Shown in pieces: positions 28,271 to 42,442 of a DNA stretch of 64,000 nucleotides. The DNA is from Eledone cirrhosa (Eukaryota): positions 249,116,001 to 249,180,000 of the forward strand of contig OZ024742.1 in assembly GCA_964016885.1 (NCBI GenBank), written 5' to 3'. A program made the position numbers and the translations under genes. The notes beneath the pieces were generated by a model, which worked only from the letters and a program-made list of their open reading frames with translations, was not told where the DNA came from and did no database searches. Position 1 is the first letter of the stretch, and each line of letters opens with the position of its first letter.

Positions 28271-28659
28271 GGGGGGGGCGTTCTGTGCGTGTCTGTATGG
28301 AGAGATTGTTAGAGAAAGACAAGGAACGAGGTAAGGAGAGAAAGATTTTGTCGCCAAAACAAAGGCTAGAAATACTTCAGATTGTGATATATTCATTAAC
28401 TAGTATTATAGAATACTTAAATGAATTAAAATATAACGATTAGGTTGGTGTTTGGTCACTTTTTGTATACACACGGAGAGAACAAAAGGCTGGAAGTACT
28501 CTTCAATTTTACTTTACATCCTTCCGGGGTTGATAAAATAAAGTACAAGTCAACTACTTGTGTCGATTTAAACGACTTTCCTTCTAGCTAACTTGCTGCC
28601 CATGTGCCAATGTTAGAAAATTATTATTGTTATTATCGTTATTATTATTATTATTATTA

Positions 28660-28983
28660 AATGGCTCGTGTGAATGGGCCTACTCTGACCATGCGCCTAT
28701 AGGCTGGCTAACTTGAGGAGAGGGGTGCTCTCCCTGGGTGCGCTAGAAGCGCAGGGTGGTTCAGGATTGGTGGGGTACCCGAATCACCCCAGGGTCGTCC
28801 GTCCACCCCCTATCGGGGAATTTATTTTTTTATATTTATGCATAGTTTATTTTATATTTTTATGTTTTCATTGTTAAATTAGTCTTGCCATTGTGCACTT
28901 TTACTCGACCTTATTGTAAACCCCCACTGTCCCTGTCTTTGTATTGTCCCCTACATGTCGGCCCTTGTGGCTAATAAATGAAA

Positions 28984-28985
<2 letters not shown>
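28660..28985 (+). mobile_element. Tx1-type LINE 3' terminal fragment inside (ATT)n
   Basis: aaatggctcgtgtgaatgggcctactctg resembles the ORF2 end; terminal gcccttgtggctaataaa shared with ~8365-8380; (ATT)n on both sides. Confidence 0.75.
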
Positions 28986-29054
<69 letters not shown>

Positions 29055-29092
29055 GTTATTATTATTATTATTACTATTATTATTATTATTAG

Positions 29093-29282
29093 GGCAGTGG
29101 ATTGGCAGTATCGGTAAAGTGTCGGACGCTATGCTTTGACGCATAGAGCTACAGCCCTTGCCATTCTGAGTTCAAATCCAGCCGAGGTTAACTTTGCATT
29201 TCATCCTTATAGGGTCGATAAAATAAAGTACCAGTAATGCACTGCGGTAATTACTGGCCTTGTGCCAAAAGTAGAAACAATT
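29093..29282 (+). mobile_element. tRNA-derived SINE (sense orientation)
   Basis: Full-length match to the 13433 copy. Confidence 0.9.
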
Positions 29283-29284
29283 AT

Positions 29285-29324
<40 letters not shown>

Positions 29325-29689
29325 ATCACGAGGATAATATGATAAGATAGATAATGGTGACATAAAAAACTCTGCGTAGAAGAATTTCACGAAAGCCTGG
29401 GATTGGTTAACTTTGTTAGAAAACCATTATATAAAATATGTTACGTAGCACCATGTAAAATGGCGTTAAGGAACCATAGTTATGTGTGCTGTATAGCATT
29501 GTGAAAGATGGAGAGACAGAGGGGGTGGGGGAGGTGAAACGAAGGGGGACAAATGGAGAAACAGGAGACGGAGAATGGTGGGGATAGAATGTGGTGGTAT
29601 GTGTGCAGGTTGTGCGCAGAGCATAAACCAGCACCAACAACACCAACATTACCACCTCTTTCGCAAAAAGCGAAACATACACAGAACAG

Positions 29690-29693
29690 CAGC

Positions 29694-29745
<52 letters not shown>

Positions 29746-30536
29746 TTAACAGCAACAACTACAAAACGACAACAATATTTGTAGTCATCTACATTAATAA
29801 CAATATATATATATATTATGAACAACAGCAACACTAAATAGTAATGGCAGAATAGACAACCAACACCAACGACGACAGCATCATCATCGTCCTAATCATT
29901 ATCAGCAACAAGTATTATTACTACAACAATGACAACGAGAAGAAGAAGAAGAAGAAGAAGAAGAAGAAGAAGAAGAAGAAGAAGAAGAAGAAGAAGAAGA
30001 ACAACAACAACAACAACAACAACAACAGACAAGACAAACAACAACGACAACAACAGACAAGACAACAATGACGACGACGACAGCAACACAGACAACAACA
30101 ATAAGGACAACGACATCAGCCCATTTAAAGAAACAAAAAACACCAATTCCTACACCATCCTCACTAACATCGCCACCATTAACAACAACACTAAATATAA
30201 CATCTCGTGAACATCACCAACACAACAAACATAGCAACAACAACATTACAACAACATTACAACCAGCAACAACAACAACTACGACATTAACAACCAGCAA
30301 CAACAACAACAACAACAACCACATTACAACCAGCAACAACAACAATAACACCATTACAACACCATTACAACAACATTACAACCAGCAACAACAACAACAA
30401 CAACAACTATAATAATATTAACAAAAACTTTTAAAATAACACAAAGATAGGGGGAAACTAAAGATGACAAGAAGAAGAAGAAGAAGAAGAAGAAGAAGAA
30501 GAAGAAGAAGAAGAAGAAGAAGAATAAGAAGAAGAA

Positions 30537-30567
<31 letters not shown>

Positions 30568-30701
30568 AAGAAGAAGAAGAAGAAGAAGAAGAAGAAGAAG
30601 AAGAAGAAGAAGAAGACGACGACGACAAAGAAGAAGAAGAAGAAGAAGAAGAAGAAGAAGAAGAAGAAGAAGAAGAAGAAGAAGAAGACGACGACGACAA
30701 A

Positions 30702-30732
<31 letters not shown>

Positions 30733-30805
30733 AAGAAGAAGAAGAAGAAGAAGAAGAAGAAGACGACGACGACGACAAAGAAGAAGAAGAAGCAGAAGAA
30801 GAAGA
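29690..30805. repeat. Trinucleotide repeat field (AAC)n/(AAG)n
   Basis: Including ~330 bp of (AAG)n at 30469-30800. Confidence 0.95.
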
Positions 30806-31166
30806 GTGAAAGTCAGAAGACGAAAATGTGTAAGAAGAATGAGGAATGTTTGAAATTATTCTGTTCAGCTGTGTAGAAGGAACCTCCAGTGCTAGCTTCC
30901 TTTTACTTTACGACTACCAAACATTCCTTCACAATAATCTACGGTTTCATGGTTATTACGAACACACACAAACACAACACTCTACACCCTACTACTCCTA
31001 CCATCACCATTATCTCTACCACCCCATCTACCCTCACCAACACGGCCTACCACCTCCAACCACACTCCCATAACATATGTAATCTCTCCCTCTATCATTC
31101 TTTATCTCTATCTATTTCTGCTTACACACACATACACACGCACACTCACTACACTACACATGTATC

Positions 31167-31300
<134 letters not shown>

Positions 31301-31603
31301 CGTATATTTGTGTGTATGCGTGTATCGTTATTTCTTAGCTTTCTTCTCTTTCACCCTTTCAATTATATTTACTATTACTCATTCTCCCATTATATCTGCC
31401 TTTTCTAGGCAGGCATATACACGCTTATGCTTACATACACACAAGCTCAGAGAGTGAGATAAAGAGAGTGAGGGTGATAGAATAGAGGGAGAGAGGGAGA
31501 GAGGGAGAGAGAGAGAAAGATAGAGAGAGAGAGAGGAGAGGGAGACCGAACTCAGGTACATAAACGCATAGTTGCATCCCAAGATTTGACACAAATATAT
31601 ACG

Positions 31604-31658
<55 letters not shown>

Positions 31659-31692
31659 TATATATATATATACACACACACACATGTATATG

Positions 31693-31746
<54 letters not shown>

Positions 31747-32214
31747 CGCACACACATATATATACATGCGCATGAATTGTTTTACACAACAAAATGTACA
31801 GAGAGACACGATATCCTCATAGCTCCACACAAATATCTGCGGTGTTTTTGACACATATTCAAATATTTATTCATCTACATATGTGCTCATACATATACAT
31901 ACTCCAGCACACAGAGACATATACTTATATATATATATACACACATAAATATACTTATATGCATATACATACTGAAACCCACCTCTTCAATAAAAAAAGA
32001 ATGTCATAAATATGTTTCCTGCAAATATACAGGAAAGGCAGGTTTTATAGTCAATTTGTATGTTTATAGATGCATACATACATGCACACATGCATACATA
32101 CATACACATATACATACATACACACATACATACACACATACATACATACATACATACATACATACATGCATACATGCATACATGCATACATACATACATA
32201 CATACATACATACA

Positions 32215-32244
<30 letters not shown>

Positions 32245-32245
<1 letters not shown>

Positions 32246-34850
32246 GACGAAACCAAACATCAGTCTATAGAGATATGAAGAACAAAATAATAAGTGTCAC
32301 TGAGGCCCCATCCCAGAAAGAACTATTGCTCCTACGCTTCAACAAAAACATACGAAATAAGTGAGGGTTCCCTTGAGACTGTGATAGGAAAACTCCAAGA
32401 TAAGAAAACACCAGGAAGACACGATTGTCGGCTACTGGTACAAAAAACTGATATTCTATCGGAGGTATCTTACTGACCTCTACCAACAAGTTCTTAAGGG
32501 AGATACACTTATACCAGTATGGTTGACATTAGCACAAACATTACTAGTCCCCAAGAACAAAGACACCCACTTGGAAAAAAATACCGACAAATTGCATGCC
32601 AGAACCTGATGTATAAGATGTATACAGCCTGCCTGAACCTATTCCCCCAGGATCACTGTAAAAATAATAACATCACAGATGAACAAGCAGCTGGAAAGAA
32701 AGGGGTTTGGGGATGTGCTGAACAACTCCTAATCAACAAAACTGCGATGTCGGAGGTGCGACAACTTAGGAGGAATATGGCTACAGTCTGACTGGAGTAC
32801 AGGAAAGCTTTCGATTCTGTTCCCCACTTTTGGATGATAGAGGCCCTCCAACTTTCTAAAGTCCCAGACATTATTGCCAGAGCCATAGAGAGGCTGTCTT
32901 CTTCTTGGGCTACTATCCTAAGGTTAAAGACTGATAAAATAAAATATTGCTGGGGTATATTTCAGTGGGACAGTCTCTTTGTGATATTATTCATCTTGTC
33001 ATTAAACCCCTTGTCCTTTCTGTTCAAGAAAATGTGAGGGATACATTATTGGCTCACAGGAGGACAGAAATACGAACCTAAACCGTAATTTCTTTGTGGA
33101 CGATCTGAAATTCTAACATGGATGGGATGAAGAAAAATCTTGACCTGGTTACAACGTTCTCAAAGGATATAGGAATGGAGTTTGGCCAAGAGTATACATG
33201 ATTGTAAAGCGGGGAAAAACAACAACCCAATCTAGCAACATTGTCATCAATGGCCTAACTGTTTCACCGATATCTGATGAGGACTGCTACAGATACCTGG
33301 GGATAGATGAGAACATATCCTATAATGGTATCTGTAATACAGAACGCGTAACCAGGGAATACTACACCCGATTAAGAAAGATCTGGTCATCGGAACTCTC
33401 TGCACAAAACAAAACAGTGGCTTAAAATGTTTGCTGAGCCTGTTCTAACACTAACGTTTGGAATACACAATTGGACGATAGACGAAATCCGAGCAGTTGA
33501 TGTTGGAACTAAAAAAATACTAAACAACTCCGGAAACTTCCACATCAACAGTGACATAGGCCGCCTTTACTTGAAACGCAAGCAGTGAGGCAGAGGCCTA
33601 ACTTCAGTCCAGACAACATTTGAATGTCGCATCATATCTCTCCGACAACATCTATGAACCTCAAAGCGTAGGAGCCCGTTTCTCGAGCAAGTCTATCTGC
33701 ATGAAACAGATAAGATCATGAGAGTTGGGAAGGAACTCCTCGAGAGATATCCCTGTGTGATAATCAAAAACTCACACACTGGGAGGTCGCTCAGCAGTAT
33801 CGCAGTGAATCCATGGATGATAAACTGCATGCTTATCAGCAAAATCTCATGCATGGATATGTTGCCAGGAAGCTCCAGAGTGAGAGTAATATAGATAAGG
33901 AAAGTAGTCTATCTTGGACCAACAACCGCTATATTGGCTCCCACTTTGAAGGATACGCTTTTGCAATCCAAGAACAGGAGATTATCACGAAGTACCTGAT
34001 TCACAAAAGAGATAGGGATGCAGGCAAAACACCTAGATTTGATAACAAGTGCAGACTCTGCGGAACTAACATCGAGGATATCACCCATGTCATCAGCAGC
34101 TGTCCAAACATGTCATCGCGGTACTATCTACCTTTGAGGCATGATGTAGTGGCCAAATCACTGTACAATGCAGTTCGTAAAAAAGATAGCCCCGATAATA
34201 AATACATTAAAAGTTACAGCAATGTGGAAGACATCCATTTACATAATATGAAAGAGTACTGGTGGAATGTTCCAGTAAAAACCCCAATAAAATACAGACA
34301 TAACAGACCAGATATTATGGTATGGAACAGAGAAAGAAAGCATGCCCAGTAGTGGAAATTAGCTGCCCGGCAGATGCCAATATAATATCAAAGATTAGTG
34401 AAAAGGAGTATATTTAAGCAGAACTGCTGAGAAATCTGCAGATACTCCACCCTGATTACACCTTCAGATTTATGCCTGTGATTATTGAGGCACTGGGGTA
34501 TGTTAGTAACTGCCTCAATACAAATCCTGAGAAGCTAGGCTTCACAGGAACAGAAAGAACACAACTAGTTAGGAAATTACAAGTACAATCCATTAATGGA
34601 ACAGTAAAAATATGTAGAACATTCCAAAAATGTTGGTTGTAATAACTGCATATATACATGAACTGATACAAAGCATATACACATACACACATACAACTCA
34701 AAACATACACATCCATATCTACACATTCAGACATGCATACATAATCTACCTAGTTGTTGTTGTGTAAATTCCAATGAGAGAGTCTTGTGTCTATGTTAGA
34801 AACCGACTCTCTATTGGAAAACAATTGTGAAATTATAAAACCAAAAGAAC
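32245..34850 (+). mobile_element. R4/Dong-type RLE non-LTR retrotransposon, 5'-truncated and decayed
   Basis: KGVWGCAEQLLINK, YRKAFDSVPH, GIFQWDSL, FVDDLK, YRYLGI, CRLCG...ITHVISSC, RHDVVAK, HNRPDIMVW; (CATA)n at both ends. Confidence 0.88.
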
Positions 34851-35214
34851 ATACATACATACATGATGGCTGCAAACTCTGCTAAGAGTATTGTAATCAC
34901 TTGTCAGATTATAGAAAATGGTGCACTTTTAGGCTACGGCCAGCCATACGAAATTGTATCATAACCTGAACAAGCAATGCCTGACCATACATAAATATAT
35001 AAATACATACATACAAACATAAATACGTACGTACTTACTCGTTATCAAGTATGGCCATTGCAGGATATAACATTATTAATAATTATCAATTAATGCTATC
35101 GTGCAATGGCTGTGCATGAAGATTTTTAAAATGAGGAAAGACTGTGCACTGAGCCAATCCTATGCACACATACATATATACTTACATACTTACATATACA
35201 TCTGTATATACTTC

Positions 35215-36600
35215 TCTTCCGCTTTCATTCCCGATCATATTATTTGCCATCTGTTGAAGTGCTAACGTCCGCAAAGTCGAGGATACTCCTTCAAACTGCC
35301 TTTTTTTGTAATACCAATTATCGCACTCTTTTTCTGAGTTTACTTTTTTCCTGTGTCATCTTCAAGAATATCCTTCAGCGATGCGGTTGCTCTCCCAACT
35401 CGTCTGCACACCTCAGGTTTTCCCCAAAAGAACTCTGCCTGCAGAATCATTGTAGCGTTACATATGTCCGGCTAATGCAACCCTCCTACGCCTTGTGATG
35501 CCAGAAATGCAAAGATGTGAATCGTAGAGTGATTTATTGCTGGGTTTATGCTCCAGGATATGTTATGAACTTTTCCCAGCATTCGCGCAAATATGCCATT
35601 AATCCTCTTTGTGAGTGATTTTGTTAGTGTCCATGACTAACATCCGTAGAAGAGAATCGACTCAGCTTAGTTTTCTTGATCGGAGACACCTAGACTTTTG
35701 GTAGAACGTTGAGTCCCCACGTCTTGCCTAACGTGGTGTCCACATTGTGCTCTGTGTTCATAAAACTGTCAAGGTATAAGAAGCCATCCACTTCCTCAAA
35801 CTCCGAACCATCTAGCGCATGCATTCGTTTATTTGACGTTGCATTGAGATGCATGAATTATGTTTCGTCAGCATTCAAGAAGAGTTTAATGGACTGTGCT
35901 GCAGCATCCACTTTGTTTCGCATGACAGTAACTTCTTTGCAGGTGTTTTCCAGATCTATGTCCGATGCGTAAGCCATTTCAGCTAGAGTGTTCTCCAGGT
36001 GTCGGGTAGCTGTCGAGCTTTCAGTATTAATCCGTCTGATGGTGTAATGACATTGCTCCAATATCAATGGAGAATAGATATGAATTTCACTTAGATTTCA
36101 TTACAAAGCCTGAAGTATTCTCGTACTTGACTTTAATAGCATTCGGTCGATCGAATCAAAAAACTTTGTGAAATATATGAATACGATTGCTGCTTCCTTC
36201 TTGAGATTTCGTACCTCCTCAACAATATTTCTTATATCCTAGGTGTGTGAGGCACTAGAGTGAAATGGCCGAAATCCATTTTTGCTGGAACATAGAATCG
36301 TTCTGTTGTAGATTCATGGTGTAATCCTATTCAGGATAATTCTATTGTTAGTCTTTGCTACAATTTGAGTAAGACTGATTCCTCTATAGTTGGTTCAGAT
36401 GATAAGGTCACCTTTCTGTGGTATCGGTATTATAGCTGATATTCCCCATTCCTCAGGCCTCCGCCCTTCAAAGGTTATGATGCAGAAGTTTCTAAGAAAC
36501 TTGCGAGCTTGGGTAGTTTCCATATGTGTACAGTTAGCCGATAGAGCACAGGAACTTTGCCTGGTTTCATTGCCTTTAGAGTATTGTCCACTTCTGTGAA
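35215..36600 (-). mobile_element. Decayed RTE-type LINE, RT and 3' part
   Basis: Minus: EEWGISAIIPIPQKGDL, NYRGISLTQIVAK, EMAYASDI. Confidence 0.78.
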
Positions 36601-36719
36601 AATCTCTGTATGGACCTAGAGGTACATACTCATACCAGCAGACTACTAACAAAAACGGCATAGTTCTTGAAGAGTTTCTACATCAATATAATCTTTTAGT
36701 CAGGAATACTACTTTCCAG

Positions 36720-37335
36720 AAACTAAAACGGAAATTGTGAACTTGAAGACACCTACCTGGACATTTTTCCCAAATTGACTTTATCATTTACAGGAAACGA
36801 TGGAAAAACAGTATTGATGATTGTCAGGCACATACTTGCTCAGCGGTCGTAGCAGGATATCACAACATTATCACGGCTAGAGGTAAACTTCGCTCAAACA
36901 GGAAATCAATTAAGAAACAGCTTTGCTGGAGGGCACTAAATGAAGATATCAACCTTGTAAGAACAATTGTCGACTCAATAAATTCGAATCCTTAGCAGCT
37001 GAAGGGAAAATATATACTTCAGTTGTATGCATCTGTAATGCAGTAGGTGAGAAAATTCAACCAGGTGCTCCCATCGAGTCACACTCACACTGGAAAGTGC
37101 AACAATGGATACGGTCACATGTCCCACCGTCAAATCTACAGTTACAAACTGTACAGCATCACCATAGAATTTAGCACTACACTTTCGACGATCTGGAGGA
37201 TGAAGAAAATCATCAACCAAAGCCTGGCAGATTTTGAGAATGGTAGCAACAACACAGAAAAGCTTGGAGAGTGATAAATGAACTTTCTGGTAGGAAGAAG
37301 GGGTAGAGTGTGTTATATGTCCAAAGGGAAGACCA
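36720..37335 (+). mobile_element. RTE-type LINE endonuclease C-terminal segment (inverted relative to the RT part)
   Basis: QIDFIIYRKRWKNSIDDCQAH...GYHNIITARGKLR. Confidence 0.68.
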
Positions 37336-37356
37336 CCTATGTTTTTATATATATAC

Positions 37357-37392
<36 letters not shown>

Positions 37393-38770
37393 TGACTGCT
37401 TTTTCTTTTTTTCTTCGGAAAACTTTTCTAATGAAATGAAATGTGTTCCTGAAGGATATACCGCATCACCCAGTCCGGGAATCCAACTCCTAACCTCATC
37501 ATTATGAATCCAATTATCTATCCACTAAGCCACGCAACTTCACAGTGTATAGGTAATTATATATACAGACATAGATCTATATTTATATGAGGTAAACTTA
37601 ATCTAGATGTAACTGCCATACTAGAACTAGAAGCCTTCGCTGTGAAAAGTATGTATATGTATGTATGTATGTGTGTATGTATGTATGTATGTATGTATGT
37701 ATGTATGTATGTATGTATGTATGTATGTATACATGCATGTATGTATGTATATATGTATACATGTATGTGTGCGCTTGTTTCAGTATGCGCATCTGTAACT
37801 CCGATCAAGCTCGCTCTTCTCCAGAACAGAAATAGAAATGATGTTATTTGTTCACTCTGCATTGGGTTTAGAATTTTTGTGTCCTTTCTAATGGGGTATT
37901 GACTTAATCAGTTGCCTATGGTTTACCCTTGTGTTGCCACTGTTATGGTATTGTTTTGTAGAGTCACCCGAAGCTATTGTTGAGGCTTTCACAAACAACG
38001 CCAACATGAACATCAAGCTGGCTTCCCATAAATCCTTTAAACCCAGTTTCTGTGAAATGTTCAACAGGGTGGAATCAGTATAACACTCACAACTTCTAAC
38101 CTTCTTTCTTTTAGCCCGGGTGGTGAGTCTGTCATTGTTGATGTTCTTCGTCTATTGGTTTTATTATTATTGATGCCGATATAGTTGTTATCGTTGTTGT
38201 TGTTGGTGGTAATGCTGTTGTTAATGTATTTTGATATTGTGATTGTTGGTTGTTGCAATGTTGGCGTTGTTGTTGGCACCGTTGTCAATGTTGTTGGTGA
38301 TAAAGTCGTTAAAGTTCTTGTAGTTAATGTTGGTGGTTGTATTGTTGCTGTTGGTGATGTTGGTGATTTTGTTGCGGGTGTTTTTCATAATATTTTGGTT
38401 TGTATTGTTACTACAGTTGGCATTGTTGGTGTTGTAAATATGGCTGGTTGTGGAGTTTTTGTTAATATTTTTTTTTTTTTTTGCTTATGTTAATATTGTT
38501 GTCGACGTTCATGTTGTTAAATGTCTTTTCAAGTCTGTTGTTGCTATTGTTATTCTAGTTGTTTCGGTTCCTTGCAATGCGCTGGAATTTAACGCCTGCT
38601 AAAGACTTCTCTGGTGCAGAACTAATCCGCATTGAAGGTTTTTCGAAGCAATCGGGCACGTAAGGAGTTGAACAGTGAGAGTTAAGTAAGACTGTGTTAT
38701 TGACTATAAACAAAACACACATACACACACACGCATACATCTATGTATGTATATTTATACATTTCTGCAC

Positions 38771-38817
<47 letters not shown>

Positions 38818-38826
38818 ACACATGCA

Positions 38827-38947
<121 letters not shown>

Positions 38948-39451
38948 AGAGAGAGAGATATGTGAGGGGGAGTGAACTTGTTACTACTATAGTAAATCAG
39001 TAAACCAGCGAAAGTGAAAAGTCGAAATAGCTGGAGCAAACAAAGCTTTTGTTCGGGGTCAGTAACCCTTTAGCTAGGAATTTAGGTTGGCAATTCTTTC
39101 CGAAAACATGAAAAGAAAAACTGAAGAGGAAACAAAGAGAAAGAAAAAAAGGCGGGTGGAAACTCATGTGGGGGAAAGTGAAGAACGATGGAGGGATGGA
39201 GCAAGGCTGGTTGGGTTATACCAAAAAAAAAAAAAATAAGCCTAAAAATTACTCATTGAACGTAAGATAATTTATATGTAAAAGAAGAGTTTCGTGTATA
39301 TAAACTCACGTACAAAGCAAGCATGCGTATACCGTATGCACGTATATGCATGCCTATAAATACACACATACACACAGTAACATGCTCAACCCACTTTTTT
39401 GTATGTATATATATATATATATAGATGTCACGAAATGCACATATATATGAT

Positions 39452-39487
<36 letters not shown>

Positions 39488-39491
39488 CAGA

Positions 39492-39547
<56 letters not shown>

Positions 39548-39612
39548 GAGGGAGAAAGAGAAGTAAATTAATAGATAGATAAGTCGGTTTTTGTATATAT
39601 ATATATTCATTT

Positions 39613-39760
39613 CATAAGGGCTAAATAGCGACTCTTTTTATTCTCGAGTTTCGCCTGTTTATAATAGGTCATAGATCCATCAGACAAGAGTTCCTGCTTG
39701 ATGACCTTGTGATAAACAGGCGAAACTGTAGAGTAACAAAACTCACTAATTAGCGTAATT
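39613..39760. repeat. Short fold-back with hammerhead-like motif
   Basis: agtttcgcctgtttataataggtcat and atgaccttgtgataaacaggcgaaact; plus strand TTGATGA-cct...agg-c-GAAA-ctgtagag-TA; related piece at 41138-41200. Confidence 0.55.
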
Positions 39761-39859
39761 AAAATGAATATTAAATTTCTACTTCGGTATAACTTTGATA
39801 ACGTTGATAGGTTTCAGCCTGTATTGACCCAAGCCATGTCAAATTAACAGCACCACCTG

Positions 39860-40295
39860 GCGACGTTTTTCAAATCAGGATTTGGACAGCATGACCCACA
39901 CAAGTAGGGAGCTATTGTTTATGGAGACATATCCTGGTGTAGGAGGTTTATCCGGGATTTCTTGAATGAATTTATCCAAAGACTTCTTGAACTTTATGGT
40001 GCTTGTTTTAATGTGTTTTGGTGTAATGTTAAAAAGAGTGGGGCCAATTGAGGTGAAATAATTGTGCTGTATTGTTGTTATGAGATGCGAGTTTGATATT
40101 TGTTGTGGGCAGATAATACGGGACCCAAGCCTTGGATGTATCTTAAAGATGATGCCAACATCATTTGAGCATTGCTGATAGAATGTTTTCCACATCATGC
40201 AGATGATGCAGCGCGAACGGCGATGTTGGAAAGAATAAAGTTTGAGTTTTTCTAGTCGACTCCAATAGTCAACGCTAGACATTTTCTCTTCGCCG
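39860..40295 (-). mobile_element. CR1-type LINE 3' end
   Basis: YWSRLEKLKLYSFQHRR...FKKSLDKFIQEIPDKPPTPGY. Confidence 0.78.
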
Positions 40296-40384
40296 TCAAC
40301 TATATGCGTATATATATAAAATAATGTGTAAAACTGAATTTGTAGCTCCACTATAGCAGATGAACAATCGAATACACACATTCA

Positions 40385-40975
40385 TACATATATACATGCA
40401 TGCATACATGATCACTGCCCACTCGTTATCGAGTATGGCCATTGCACGATATACCATTATTAATAATTATTAATTAATTCTATCGTGCAATGTCTGTGCG
40501 TGAAGATATTTTTTAAAGTGAAGAAAGACTGTGCACTGAGCCAATCCCACTCTCTGAGCAACAGTAATTATAACCCGAAAAGAAGAAAAGACCAACATCA
40601 TCGGTTACTACTAAGCCGCAGATTTTATATCGGAGTTATCCCAATTTCTTGAGTTGCCTTCTCTTAGAATAATGCCCTGACAAAGGCTTGGGGTCCTTCA
40701 CTCCCAGTGGTTTAACCGCGCGATCGGGTGTCCACCACAATTATTTCTATGTCCCCACGCAAATACATACACATGCACACATGTATATACACATATACAT
40801 ACATATGTACATGTGTATATACATATTTACACACTTTTGGATGGCCGTGATTCTTATTAGTTCTTCCGCTCTTTGTCAGGTTTTGTTCTTTGACCTGCAG
40901 GGTGTCCAAAATCACCCTCCTTACCAAGTAAACTTGGTGGTATTGCCGCTTTAGTCGCCGACGACCCGACCATGC
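40385..40975 (-). mobile_element. RTE-type non-autonomous (bipartite) element
   Basis: 5' ggtcgggtcgtcggcgactaaa shared with ~42497; 3' end shared with 12110-12520 and 35035-35160; (TATG)n tail. Confidence 0.72.
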
Positions 40976-41029
40976 ATGCATACATACATACATATATACA
41001 TACATGCATACATATATATTCATATATAC

Positions 41030-41127
<98 letters not shown>

Positions 41128-41425
41128 ATATTTGTCTTATGAAGGTTAAATAACGAGTCTTATTATTCTGGAGTGTCGGCTGTTTATCACAGAGTCATCA
41201 TAAAAGAGTTAACGTTTCAATAGCAGCCACTATAAAAACAACGAAGAATCGATTTAAAGGAAGGAGATTTAATTGAGAATTAAATGATAATTATGATATG
41301 TTGGACAGGGTGCTGGAGGCAGATGGGAACAGGGCTGTGCGAAAGGAAGTTGTAATGGTTGGTAGTGGCCAAACCATAAACTTTTAACTGGTCAGTAGGA
41401 GGCAAGCGTTGAATGAATGGGAAGC

Positions 41426-41460
<35 letters not shown>

Positions 41461-41612
41461 TTAGTGAAATTGTTTGCTGGGATTGGCTGTATAATGTGGC
41501 GGACGGAATATACATATGTACACAATTACACATGTGCTTAAATGTATACACAAACATATCTACACAAATATACATTTAAATTCCCACAAGCATGTGCTTA
41601 CATATATGTTTG

Positions 41613-41672
<60 letters not shown>

Positions 41673-41834
41673 CAATCTTCCCACACACTTTTCGCCTTGA
41701 GAAGGGATTATACCCGAAACGTCATTCCCCACCACCACCCCACTCTCACGAGCGTGAAACTAATAAACCTTTTTTCTTACTGCCTCTCTGTTTTGTTCCC
41801 GTTCAATATTTCACTATATATATATATATATATA

Positions 41835-42200
41835 TGAATATAGACATAGAATATTCGAAAATATTCTGTATGTTTATAATAAACATTTTGAAGACCTAAT
41901 CGCTATAGAATAGAATACGTCACGTATTACAATTAGATTCTCGATAAAAGCAAGGGAAGTAATCTACGCGTTTCATTCTTGTTAGAAATCATCAGGACTA
42001 CATATCCAGTGCTTTTATCGAGAATGACACAGCTAGAGACTTATAGAATACTTAGCTGTGTACAGGAACTGGTTTGAAAGAGCGGTTGTATCGAGAATCT
42101 AATTGTAATACGTGACGTATTCTATTCTATAGCGATTAGGTCTTCAAAATGTTTATTATAAACATACAGAATATTTTCGAATATTCTATGTCTATATTCA
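41835..42200. repeat. Fold-back with 112-bp arms and 142-bp spacer
   Basis: 41835-41946 and 42089-42200; ~33-bp tail; TA-flanked. Confidence 0.95.
41959..42001 (-). ncRNA. Minimal type-I hammerhead ribozyme motif
   Basis: Minus: gtagtc-CTGATGA-t-ttct-aaca-agaa-t-GAAA-cgcg-TA-gattac. Confidence 0.85.
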
Positions 42201-42229
42201 CATATATATCGCTATTTCAGAGCATTTAT

Positions 42230-42283
<54 letters not shown>

Positions 42284-42288
42284 GTATA

Positions 42289-42437
<149 letters not shown>

Positions 42438-42442
42438 GTATG

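Noticed and set aside
29892-30853. Poly-Arg (protamine-like) and poly-Ser ORFs
   Set aside because: Pure (AAG)n microsatellite
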